From contig CAZPBC010000005.1 in NCBI GenBank assembly GCA_964584775.1, positions 2,845 to 66,844 on the forward strand: a stretch of DNA of 64,000 bases, written 5' to 3'. Below are positions 34,899 to 42,610 of this stretch, in pieces; the first letter of the stretch is position 1, and the number at the start of each line of letters is the position of its first letter. The notes beneath the pieces are model-generated. The model had not been told where the DNA came from. It ran no database searches and worked only from the letters and a program-made list of their open reading frames with translations. The stretch is from an uncultured bacterium. Lineage in GTDB: Bacteria > Chlamydiota > Chlamydiia > Chlamydiales > SLFE01. A program made the position numbers and the translations under genes.

Positions 34899-35475
34899 AT
34901 GAGCTCTCCACTCCATTCAGTTCCCTACCGTCTACGCCAAGTGCTAGACAGCCCCTCTGAGTTTGATCTAGGGATCAGACGCATTACCCCTAACCAACTC
35001 TAAAAGCTTATTTCAGGTGTCGCTGAGGAGTGGATAAAAGCCCACCAGAGCGAATCTGAGCGGCTATTGGACGTGTGGTCGAGATCAGCAGCAGCGATGA
35101 GGTGGAGGACAGCCAAAAACCAGCCCTGATTCATAGCATTACCTCAAAAATGGGATTCTTTAACAGGTGCGGATCTCCATCCCCCTAAACTCGATATCCA
35201 GGAGGGAAAAAAGGGTCCATTGAAGAGCTGGAAGCCTTACTCATTTCCAATCCTCAGAACTCCGTCCCAAGACTTCTTGTCGAAGAACACCTCACCACTC
35301 TCTTCACCAAAGACAATGCCCACAACTTACTAGCCCTTGCCTACGACCAAGATTGAGGCAACCTCTGGCAAGCGTACCCCCTAGGCCAACTCACCTGGGA
35401 CTGCACCCGCCTCAATCCCGAGGAGCGCCCAACGATGGCTGAAGTCGAGAAGCTTAGAAGAAAGTTCCTCTTCTT
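34899..35475 (+). pseudogene. Decayed eukaryotic-type protein kinase gene (catalytic-loop-to-C-lobe remnant; several stops and frameshifts)
   Basis: This stretch has no ORF of 60 aa or more. Piecewise translation: 34899-35003 ...LHSVPYRLRQVLDSPSEFDLGIRRITPNQL* (compare HRDLKP.NILLD...DFGLAR); 35004-35129, same frame, KLISGVAEEWIKAHQSESERLLDVWSRSAAAMRWRTAKNQP* (compare APE...SDVWS.G..L.EL.TG..P); 35357 onward, shifted frame, GNLWQAYPLGQLTWDCTRLNPEERPTMAEVEKL (compare subdomain XI: CW..dP..RPt..ev...L). Confidence 0.6.
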
Positions 35476-35527
35476 AGGGTGTATAATAAACTTTTTGATT
35501 GATCATTTTTTAGGGCCGACTCCTCTC

Positions 35528-35556
35528 TTGATTTGAAAGGGATAATTTGTTATCCT
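35528..35556 (+). promoter_or_regulatory. Promoter candidate for rpmB
   Basis: TTGATT (35528-35533), 17 nt, TATCCT (35551-35556). It lies about 35 nt upstream of SD TAAGGAGAAA. Confidence 0.35.
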
Positions 35557-35592
35557 CTGTTCACTTATTTTAGAAGTTAAGGAGAAATTCAA

Positions 35593-35907
35593 ATGTCAAC
35601 CAGACCTAGATCTGAAAAAGAAAAACCCGCTCCAGGAAGAAAGTGCCAGCTCACAGGCCGTAAAATGGCTCGTGGAAACACCTACTCGATCCGTGGTATT
35701 GCTAAGAAAAAGAAGGGAATTGGACTTAAAATCACGGGTAAAAACCGCCGTTCTTTCAAGCCCAACATTCAGAAGAAGCGTTTCTGGCTTCCTTCAGAGA
35801 ACCGCTTTGTGACTCTCAAGCTTTCTGCTGCTGCGATCCGCACGGTAGAGAAGAATGGCATCGAAGCCGTTGTGAGAGACATTCGCGCGAAAGGCATCCG
35901 CGTTTAA
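35593..35907 (+). CDS. rpmB: 50S ribosomal protein L28 (with a ~16-aa N-terminal extension)
   Basis: ...KCQLTGRKMARGNTYSIRGIAKKKKGIGLKITGKNRRSFKPNIQKKRFW... is the L28 core. Strong SD. There is no alternative start nearer the KCQLTG motif. Confidence 0.9.
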   Translation: MSTRPRSEKEKPAPGRKCQLTGRKMARGNTYSIRGIAKKKKGIGLKITGKNRRSFKPNIQKKRFWLPSENRFVTLKLSAAAIRTVEKNGIEAVVRDIRAKGIRV

Positions 35908-35928
35908 GCATCTTCAATTTTTCTTGAA

Positions 35929-37947
35929 TTACTTAACTGAGCTTCCAGACTTGATATTTTCCAGGACTGGGAGCTCTAGTGTTTCCCCCTCCTGTGCTGC
36001 CAGGACCATTCCATAGCTCATTCGTCCCATCAGCTTCGCAGGCTTCAAGTTCGCGACCACCACGACTTTTTTACCGATCAAACTCTCCGGAGTGAAGTGC
36101 TGTTTGATGCCAGAGAGGATCGTCCGCTTCTCTTCGCCAAGAGCCACGGTCAATTCAAAGAGCTTTTGACTCCCCTCAATCTCTTGCACTTTTACAATCT
36201 CGCCCACGCGCAGATCGAGCTTTTTAAACTCATCAATGGTGATTTGATTCTCGTCCACAGAGCTCTCCTTCTTTTGATTTCCAAAAAGCGCTTCCCGCTC
36301 TTTCTCGATCTCTTCATTTTCAATTTTTCTGAACAGGATCTCTGGTTTCCCAAGAACCGTTCCGGGAGTGAGGGGTGTTTTCAGAGTCTTCTCCCATCCC
36401 GCATCGACGAGAGGTTGAGTCTCTCCAAGCATCAGACAAATTTTTTCTGAAGTGGTCGGTAAAATGGGATAAGAGAGGAGCGAGAGTGCCTTCACACATT
36501 TCAAGCAAAGGTGGAGTGTCGTTGCCATCGCTTGCTTGTCCTCTTTTGCCAACTTCCAGGGTTTCTTCAGGTCAAAATAGACATTTCCTTCTTGGGCAAG
36601 TTCCATTAGAAGGTGGGCAGCTCGGCGCACTTTATACTGCTCGAAAGAGACTCTTGCCTCCTCTGTGATTCTATCGATATGTTTCAAGAACGCTTGATCT
36701 TCATCATCCAGTGGCCCGAGAGGAGGAACCGTTCCCTCGTGGTTCTTTTTCACAAAGACCATGACACGGTTGACGAAGTTTCCAAACTTCCCTAAAAGCT
36801 CTGAGTTGCAGCGGAGCTGGAAGTCGTTCCAAGTAAATTCAGAGTCGGAGGTCTCCGGAGCATTCGAAGCGAGTGTGTATCTGAGCTGGTCAGAGCTGAA
36901 CTTCTTCAAAAAGTCCTCAAGGTCGACATACCAACCTTCGGATTTAGAAAGTTTTTTGCCTTCAAGGTTGTAGAACTCATTTGCAGGAACCTCATCGACC
37001 AACTTTAAAGGGAGGCTTTGCCCCATACACATCGCTGGGAAGATAGCCGTATGGAAAGGGATGTTATCTTTCCCAATGAAGTGGATCAGTTTTGTCTCCT
37101 CTTCCAGCCAGTATTTTTTCCACTGATCGGGATTGTTTTGTTGCTGAGCCCATTCCATGGTCGCTGAGATGTACCCAATCGGAGCATCAAACCAGACATA
37201 CAGCTTTTTTCCATCCGTGTCTGGAAGAGGGATCGGCACTCCCCACTCAATATCGCGCGTGATCGCCCTTGGATGGAGGTCATTGATATACCGTTTGATG
37301 AAGTTGACCACATTGGGCTTCCAGTTCTTTTTGGCCAACCACTCTTTCAACTCATCTTTAAACTTGTCGAGCAAGAGAAACCAATGTTTCGTCGGGCGTT
37401 TCTCCAACTTCGCCCCTGTCTCTTTTGAGCGAGGATTTTTGAGCTGCGTCGCCTCAAAGCTGGCCCCACATTTCGGACACTCATCACCCCTAGCTTTGTC
37501 ATAGCCACAGGCAGGGCACTCCCCAGTCACGTAGCGATCGGCGAGAAAGCGCTTTTCTGATGGACTGTAGAGCTGATCCGTCACTTTTTCTTCGATAAAC
37601 CCCTTCTCCAAAAGATCGAGGAAGAATTTCTGTACCGGCTGAACATGTCCTTTCCATGTCGTTCTGGAGTAGTGATCAAAAGAGATAGAGAGCTCCTCAA
37701 ACAGACGAGTATTGATTTCATGAAATCGATCAACCTGCTCTCTAGGGGTCCGCCCTGCCTTTTCCGCGCTCATGGTAATCGCAACGCCGTACTCATCGGA
37801 GCCGCTGACGAAGAAAACATCTCTTTTCATGAGACGCTGAAAACGCGCATGCACATCTGCAGGAAGATAAGCACCGGCTAAGTGGCCAAAGTGGAGTTTT
37901 CCATTAGCATAAAGAAGGGCTGCTGTGATTAGGACTTTATCGCTCAT
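35929..37947 (-). CDS. metG: Methionyl-tRNA synthetase with a C-terminal tRNA-binding (EMAP/Trbp111-like) domain
   Basis: ALLYANGKLHFGHLAG is the HIGH region, CPACGYDKARGDECPKCG the zinc knuckle, and KLSKS the KMSKS motif. C-terminus: LDLRVGEIVKVQEI...VVVVANLKPAKLMG. Confidence 0.95.
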   Translation of the reverse strand: MSDKVLITAALLYANGKLHFGHLAGAYLPADVHARFQRLMKRDVFFVSGSDEYGVAITMSAEKAGRTPREQVDRFHEINTRLFEELSISFDHYSRTTWKGHVQPVQKFFLDLLEKGFIEEKVTDQLYSPSEKRFLADRYVTGECPACGYDKARGDECPKCGASFEATQLKNPRSKETGAKLEKRPTKHWFLLLDKFKDELKEWLAKKNWKPNVVNFIKRYINDLHPRAITRDIEWGVPIPLPDTDGKKLYVWFDAPIGYISATMEWAQQQNNPDQWKKYWLEEETKLIHFIGKDNIPFHTAIFPAMCMGQSLPLKLVDEVPANEFYNLEGKKLSKSEGWYVDLEDFLKKFSSDQLRYTLASNAPETSDSEFTWNDFQLRCNSELLGKFGNFVNRVMVFVKKNHEGTVPPLGPLDDEDQAFLKHIDRITEEARVSFEQYKVRRAAHLLMELAQEGNVYFDLKKPWKLAKEDKQAMATTLHLCLKCVKALSLLSYPILPTTSEKICLMLGETQPLVDAGWEKTLKTPLTPGTVLGKPEILFRKIENEEIEKEREALFGNQKKESSVDENQITIDEFKKLDLRVGEIVKVQEIEGSQKLFELTVALGEEKRTILSGIKQHFTPESLIGKKVVVVANLKPAKLMGRMSYGMVLAAQEGETLELPVLENIKSGSSVK

Positions 37948-38528
37948 ATGAGTATTTTGGGTCGTTGAACAATTAAAACTTCAATATCGGTGTCGGGGAT
38001 GCATTTCCACCCGACGACAAGATTATAACTCTTGTTGACGTAGAGAGGTCCGGGTTTAAGGTAGATGTACTCCTCTTCCACGTCTTTTGGTTTCCTTTTC
38101 TTCGAAGAAGCCTCTGTTTGAAACCCATTCAGGTCCCCATACTGTTTAATGAGCTTCTTCTGCTCTTCCTTCGTAAGACTTCCCCAAGAAACATATTCAC
38201 CAGGATACTTTTTTTTTAAAAAATCCCAGTTCACTCGGATCACTCCATTCCACCTCACCGCCTTCTCGAAAATGCGTCCTGTCTCTCTGCAAAAGGCTGC
38301 GGTCCTAAAGGAGAAGGGGCGGTTGATGCTATCTTCATTGTCATCCATGTACTTACGTACAGTGTACATCGTCTTAAAAGGGAGGCTTTCCGCCCTTCGT
38401 AGTTTTTTGCCAGTATAGGGAGAAGGACTGTCCTCCATAAATCCAGTCAAAAACCAACTCACCCATGCAAGTCCCCCAAGGAGCGCAAAAACCGCAACTA
38501 AGATAAAAATGAGAAACAGCTCATTCAT
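37944..38528 (-). CDS. Hypothetical membrane-anchored protein, 194 aa, translationally coupled to metG
   Basis: N-terminal TM (LFLIFILVAVFALLGGLAWVSWFLTGF). Its stop overlaps the metG start (ATGA, 37944-37947). No known motif. Confidence 0.55.
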   Translation of the reverse strand: MNELFLIFILVAVFALLGGLAWVSWFLTGFMEDSPSPYTGKKLRRAESLPFKTMYTVRKYMDDNEDSINRPFSFRTAAFCRETGRIFEKAVRWNGVIRVNWDFLKKKYPGEYVSWGSLTKEEQKKLIKQYGDLNGFQTEASSKKRKPKDVEEEYIYLKPGPLYVNKSYNLVVGWKCIPDTDIEVLIVQRPKILI

Positions 38529-38597
38529 CGTTGACCTAGAGTTTCAACATTGAGTTCCAACACTCCCATTAAGGACCAGTTGCAAGGGTTCATGAAA

Positions 38598-38882
38598 CTA
38601 GCCTTCAGCTTCTTCAGAGATCTCTGTGTCGTTGACAACCACTTCTTCTTTATTCATTTCACTATGGAAGCGGTCTTCGGATGGATCTAACAGATCTTTT
38701 CCCGTTGCAAATTCAGCAACTGAAATCACAGCAGGGTTTTCTGTGTTGATGTGAAGTCTAGGAATGCGTCCAGAGTGGATCATTCCCTTGGTGTGCTCAA
38801 TCAAGTAAGCAACGAGCTCAAACTGGTTGTCGCTATCGAAGTTTTCCTTAATGTCTTCATTTGTTAACTGATCAAATGGCAT
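38598..38882 (-). CDS. rpoZ: Probable DNA-directed RNA polymerase omega subunit
   Basis: 94 aa immediately downstream of gmk, the widely conserved gmk-rpoZ arrangement. NQFELVAYLIEHTKGMI resembles the omega N.RFELV..AAKRARQL helix. Divergent, so only moderate confidence. Confidence 0.5.
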   Translation of the reverse strand: MPFDQLTNEDIKENFDSDNQFELVAYLIEHTKGMIHSGRIPRLHINTENPAVISVAEFATGKDLLDPSEDRFHSEMNKEEVVVNDTEISEEAEG

Positions 38883-38894
38883 ACTATCCTCTTG

Positions 38895-39497
38895 TTATTC
38901 ATTTTTGTGATCTTCTGCAATGACGATGCTTTTGAGCACCTCGTAGGCGATGTCGAGATCGTCATTAACAATATGGTAATCGTACTGGACCGCTTTTTCG
39001 AGTTCCCCTCTCGACCACTCGAGTCTCTCTTTGCGATCCTTATATTTCTCCGTGTTTCTTTTGGTGAGCCTCTCTTTGAGCTCCGCCATACTCGGAGGAA
39101 ATAGGAAAATTGATGTGGCTAGACACTGCTCCTTGATGAGTTGAGCCCCTTGTGTATCGATCACTAGGAAAACGTGCTTTCCCTTGTTCAACTGGGTCTC
39201 GACCCATTGGCGGTCTGTCCCATAGTAATTTTCGTACACTTTAGCACTTTCAAGAAAGTCACCTTCTTCCAGTTTCTCTCGAAACTCCTCTTTTGAAATG
39301 AAGTGGTAGTCCACTCCATCCTTTTCGCCCTTCCTCTTCTCACGTGTCGTGAAAGAGATGCTTTGGATCACTTCAGGAAACTCATTTTTCAGCATGTTGA
39401 TGAGCGTTGTCTTTCCCGTTCCTGCAGGAGCACTCAGGACAAAAAGGCGTCCAAAGTTGCGGGATCCAATCAGCTGTTCCGTTTTTCTACGACTCAT
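38895..39497 (-). CDS. gmk: Guanylate kinase
   Basis: LFVLSAPAGTGKTTL P-loop, TTREKRKGEKDGVDYHF, and YENYYGT. Confidence 0.9.
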   Translation of the reverse strand: MSRRKTEQLIGSRNFGRLFVLSAPAGTGKTTLINMLKNEFPEVIQSISFTTREKRKGEKDGVDYHFISKEEFREKLEEGDFLESAKVYENYYGTDRQWVETQLNKGKHVFLVIDTQGAQLIKEQCLATSIFLFPPSMAELKERLTKRNTEKYKDRKERLEWSRGELEKAVQYDYHIVNDDLDIAYEVLKSIVIAEDHKNE

Positions 39498-40375
39498 TCA
39501 ATATTCTGAATTTGCTCTTTAATTTTTTCGACTTCTGCCTTCATTTGCACCACAAGACGAGCAATTTGCTGGTTTTGCGATTTCGAACCCGTTGTATTGA
39601 TTTCTCGTACCATCTCTTGCAGGATAAATTCCATCGTCTTGCCAGAAGAGTGGTCGGAATCAAGGCACTCTCTAAAGTGGTTCAGGTGGGCTTCCAGGCG
39701 AACAAGCTCTTCTGTCACATCGACTTTATCTGCAAAAAGGGCGACCTCTCTTGCGACCACCGCCTCGAGCTCTTCAGGAAGTGCGCAATACTCTTCTAAG
39801 CGCTTTTTGAGTTTTTCTTGTTGCTGCTCTGGGGTCTCCTTAGACAGAAGCTCCACTTGGGATCTCATTTTCTCAATTTCATCGATGCGCCCTCTCATAT
39901 CCGCAGCTAAGATGGCTCCCTCTTTGACCTTCACGTCCAAAAAAGGCTTTAGGGCCGCTTCAGTCACTTGAAGCAAGGCTTTTTCGATCTCTTCATCGTG
40001 TTCAAAACTCTCTGTCACGTGAACCAGGTGACTAGAGCGACTCAACATATCGTGAGTAAAGCGTTCTTTGTCTAAAGAGAGAGCTTCAGCGAGTTCAGAT
40101 GCTGCCTTCTTCAACTCCTTCGCATAGACCGTGTTTGGCTCGATGCGAACGGGAGAAAGGTCACTGAATGAAATTGAAACCTTCAGAAACAAGGCGCCGC
40201 GAGCGACTTGACTAGAGACGCACTTTTGAAGAGCTGGCTCAAAACGGCGCAGCTCAGAGGGTAGAGAGATTTTGATCTCTAAAAATTTACGGTTCGTCGA
40301 AGAGAGCTCAACATTCACCATCCCAAAGGGGAAGCTCTCAGCAGCTTTTCCGAAGGCTGTCATGCTCTTTATCAT
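39494..40375 (-). CDS. yicC: YicC family stress-induced protein
   Basis: MIKSMTAFGKA N-terminus, and a C-terminal GKTMEFILQEMVREINTTGSK...MKAEVEKIKEQIQNIE pattern typical of YicC. Confidence 0.85.
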   Translation of the reverse strand: MIKSMTAFGKAAESFPFGMVNVELSSTNRKFLEIKISLPSELRRFEPALQKCVSSQVARGALFLKVSISFSDLSPVRIEPNTVYAKELKKAASELAEALSLDKERFTHDMLSRSSHLVHVTESFEHDEEIEKALLQVTEAALKPFLDVKVKEGAILAADMRGRIDEIEKMRSQVELLSKETPEQQQEKLKKRLEEYCALPEELEAVVAREVALFADKVDVTEELVRLEAHLNHFRECLDSDHSSGKTMEFILQEMVREINTTGSKSQNQQIARLVVQMKAEVEKIKEQIQNIE

Positions 40376-41007
40376 ACGGAGCCTCCTACAAGGACCATCT
40401 CCTTCACGGGAGAGAAACTTTTTCGATGGACTGCGGTCGGTCCATGTTGATGAAGAGCCTCTAGGTGTGCTTTCGTGCCATACCCTTTATGCTTTTTAAA
40501 GCCATATTCAGGATAGAGAGGGTCTAGTTGCTCGATCATAATTTTATCCCTTGTTTCCTTCGCAATGATGGAGGCGGCTCCAATCGAAAGAGAGAGTTGG
40601 TCTCCCTTAATAATTTTCACCGTTTCAATCCCCTCTATTGTGAGGGGCATTCCATCAATGAGTGCAGAGTCCACATCAAGAGGCATCTTTTCGATTGCCT
40701 CTTTCATCGCAAAGAGCGTGGCCTGGTAGATGTTGAGTTCATCAATCACCTCCACGGATACCACGCTCACTCCAAATTTTACCCCTTCATTTGCGACTAG
40801 CTCTTGGTAAAGCTTCGTGCGCCTTGCGGGAGTCAATTTTTTGCTATCGTCAATTCCCTCAATTTGGGTGTCTACGGGGAGATAGCATGCGGCAGCAACC
40901 AAAGGTCCTGCGAGTGGACCTCTTCCTGCTTCATCAACGCCGACCACCACTCGGTGGCCTCGCAGATAAGCCGCCTCCTCATACTCTCGCCTGTTTCCCC
41001 CACCCAA
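40372..41007 (-). CDS. rnhB: Ribonuclease HII
   Basis: VVGVDEAGRGPLAGPLVAAA, DDSKKL, and ASIIAKETRD motifs. Confidence 0.9.
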   Translation of the reverse strand: MGGGNRREYEEAAYLRGHRVVVGVDEAGRGPLAGPLVAAACYLPVDTQIEGIDDSKKLTPARRTKLYQELVANEGVKFGVSVVSVEVIDELNIYQATLFAMKEAIEKMPLDVDSALIDGMPLTIEGIETVKIIKGDQLSLSIGAASIIAKETRDKIMIEQLDPLYPEYGFKKHKGYGTKAHLEALHQHGPTAVHRKSFSPVKEMVLVGGSV

Positions 41008-41017
41008 AAGAGATCAT

Positions 41018-41491
41018 CTACTCTTTTGTCGCTTCAGGTTGCTCTTCAGGCTTTGCCTCTTCTACAGCAGGAGCTGGTGCTGGCTCGGCCTCTACAGCAG
41101 TCGTTTTCTTCTGGTTGTAGATATCCCCTTGGATCTTCGCTTTCTTACCCTGTTTTCCACGGATGTAATAGAGCTTAGAGCGGCGTACTTTACCGCGCTT
41201 CTTGAGCTCAATTTTTACAATACGTGGGCTATGAAGTAGGAAAACACGCTCCATCCCCTCTCCATAGGCAACACGGTGAAGAGATACCGTTTCAGAAAGA
41301 CCACTTCCTTTTCTTGCAATTACAGTTCCAGTAAAGACCTGAACCCTCTCTTTAGAAGAGGCTTTTTTCTTGTCATCACCAGAAACCTCCACGATCTTCA
41401 CGTGAACGCTGATGGTATCTCCAATACGGAAGTCAGGAATATCCTTCTTTAGGTGTCCCTCTTCCAGCTTCTCAATAATGGCTGATTTCAT
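41018..41491 (-). CDS. rplS: 50S ribosomal protein L19 (with a ~40-aa Ala/Pro/Glu-rich C-terminal extension)
   Basis: [19 protein letters not shown]...[47 protein letters not shown] is the L19 core. Tail: ...[28 protein letters not shown]. Confidence 0.92.
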   Translation of the reverse strand: MKSAIIEKLEEGHLKKDIPDFRIGDTISVHVKIVEVSGDDKKKASSKERVQVFTGTVIARKGSGLSETVSLHRVAYGEGMERVFLLHSPRIVKIELKKRGKVRRSKLYYIRGKQGKKAKIQGDIYNQKKTTAVEAEPAPAPAVEEAKPEEQPEATKE

Positions 41492-41519
41492 TTCAATTTA
41501 CTCCTTAAACTTCTTTTAG

Positions 41520-41575
41520 GAGACACTGATTAATGTTGTCAGGAACAGCGTCCCAACCGCATTAATCAGTGTCTC
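41520..41575 (-). promoter_or_regulatory. 16-bp perfect inverted repeat (RNA hairpin) spanning the trmD stop codon, upstream of rplS
   Basis: GAGACACTGATTAATG (41520-41535) and CATTAATCAGTGTCTC (41560-41575) are exact reverse complements with a 24-nt loop. The 5' arm on the minus-strand mRNA contains the trmD TAA. The rplS SD lies about 15 nt beyond the 3' arm. Confidence 0.5.
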
Positions 41576-42266
41576 TTGTAGTAATTAAATCGGGTCTAAC
41601 ACGCTCCGTTTTACTGAGCGCAGCACGCCGTCTCCACTTTTCAATCTCTTTATGGTTCCCTGAAAGAAGCACCGAAGGAACTGCTTTCTCCTCAAAACAC
41701 TCAGGACGAGTGTAGTGGGGGTGATCAAAGACCCCCTTTGAGAAGGAGTCCTCATAAACGGCTTCCTCATCGCCAATAAACCCTGGGATAAAGCGGAGAG
41801 TGGCATCGACCAGGGTGATCGCAGCAATACACCCATTCGTGAGGACAAAGTCCCCGATGCTAATCTCCTCATCCACTTCCATCTCAATGGCTCTCTCGTC
41901 CACTCCTTCGTAGTGTCCTGCGAGAAGAATGAGGTGCTCTTTCTTAGAGAGCTCCTCTGCCTTTCTCGCTGTCAGTTTCGTTCCCTGTGGAGAGAGGTAG
42001 ATCACATGAGAGTTCTTCTTCTTACGTGAGCGGATCGCTTTCGTCACAGGTTCTGCCATAAGGACCATTCCAGGACCTCCGCCGTAGGGGCGGTCATCCA
42101 CAGTTCGGTGCTTTCCTTCGCCATAGTCGCGAATGTCAGTCAGACGGATATTCACAAGACCCGACTCGACACCCCTCTTGATCATGCTATGATCAAAGGG
42201 GCCCGAAAAATAGCCGGGAAAGAGAGAGAGGATGTCAATCTCGATCTTGGGCTTTTGTCGGTTCAT
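41562..42266 (-). CDS. trmD: tRNA (guanine37-N1)-methyltransferase TrmD
   Basis: IDILSLFPGYF...VDDRPYGGGPGMVLM...LLAGHYEGVDERA...SIGDFVLTNG are TrmD signatures. Confidence 0.92.
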   Translation of the reverse strand: MNRQKPKIEIDILSLFPGYFSGPFDHSMIKRGVESGLVNIRLTDIRDYGEGKHRTVDDRPYGGGPGMVLMAEPVTKAIRSRKKKNSHVIYLSPQGTKLTARKAEELSKKEHLILLAGHYEGVDERAIEMEVDEEISIGDFVLTNGCIAAITLVDATLRFIPGFIGDEEAVYEDSFSKGVFDHPHYTRPECFEEKAVPSVLLSGNHKEIEKWRRRAALSKTERVRPDLITTRDTD

Positions 42267-42280
42267 TGCTTTTAGCTCGC

Positions 42281-42610
42281 CTACTTTTTCGCTTTAGCTT
42301 TCTTTCTTACAGCACGCGCTTTAGCAAGCTGTTTTTCTTTTCTTTCACGAAGAAAGCTCTTCACGCTTGGGGCACCTTTTGCCACAAGGGATTCCGCTTT
42401 TTCAGAAAGTTCAGCACCCATTCCAACCCAGTGAAGAATACGATCTTCTTTGAGTGCAAAGGTGTTTTCCTCTTTCTCTTGGTGTGGGTTGTACCAACCA
42501 AGATTCTCAAGGTAACGGCCGTCGCGGGGTGCGCGGCTATCAATCAGTACCAGACGGAAGCGGCTGTTGTTTTTACAGCCCTGCTGTCGGAATCGAATCT
42601 TTAGTGCCAT
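42281..42610 (-). CDS. rpsP: 30S ribosomal protein S16
   Basis: MALKIRFRQQGCKNNSRFRLVLIDSRAPRDGRYLENLGWYNP. Confidence 0.92.
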   Translation of the reverse strand: MALKIRFRQQGCKNNSRFRLVLIDSRAPRDGRYLENLGWYNPHQEKEENTFALKEDRILHWVGMGAELSEKAESLVAKGAPSVKSFLRERKEKQLAKARAVRKKAKAKK

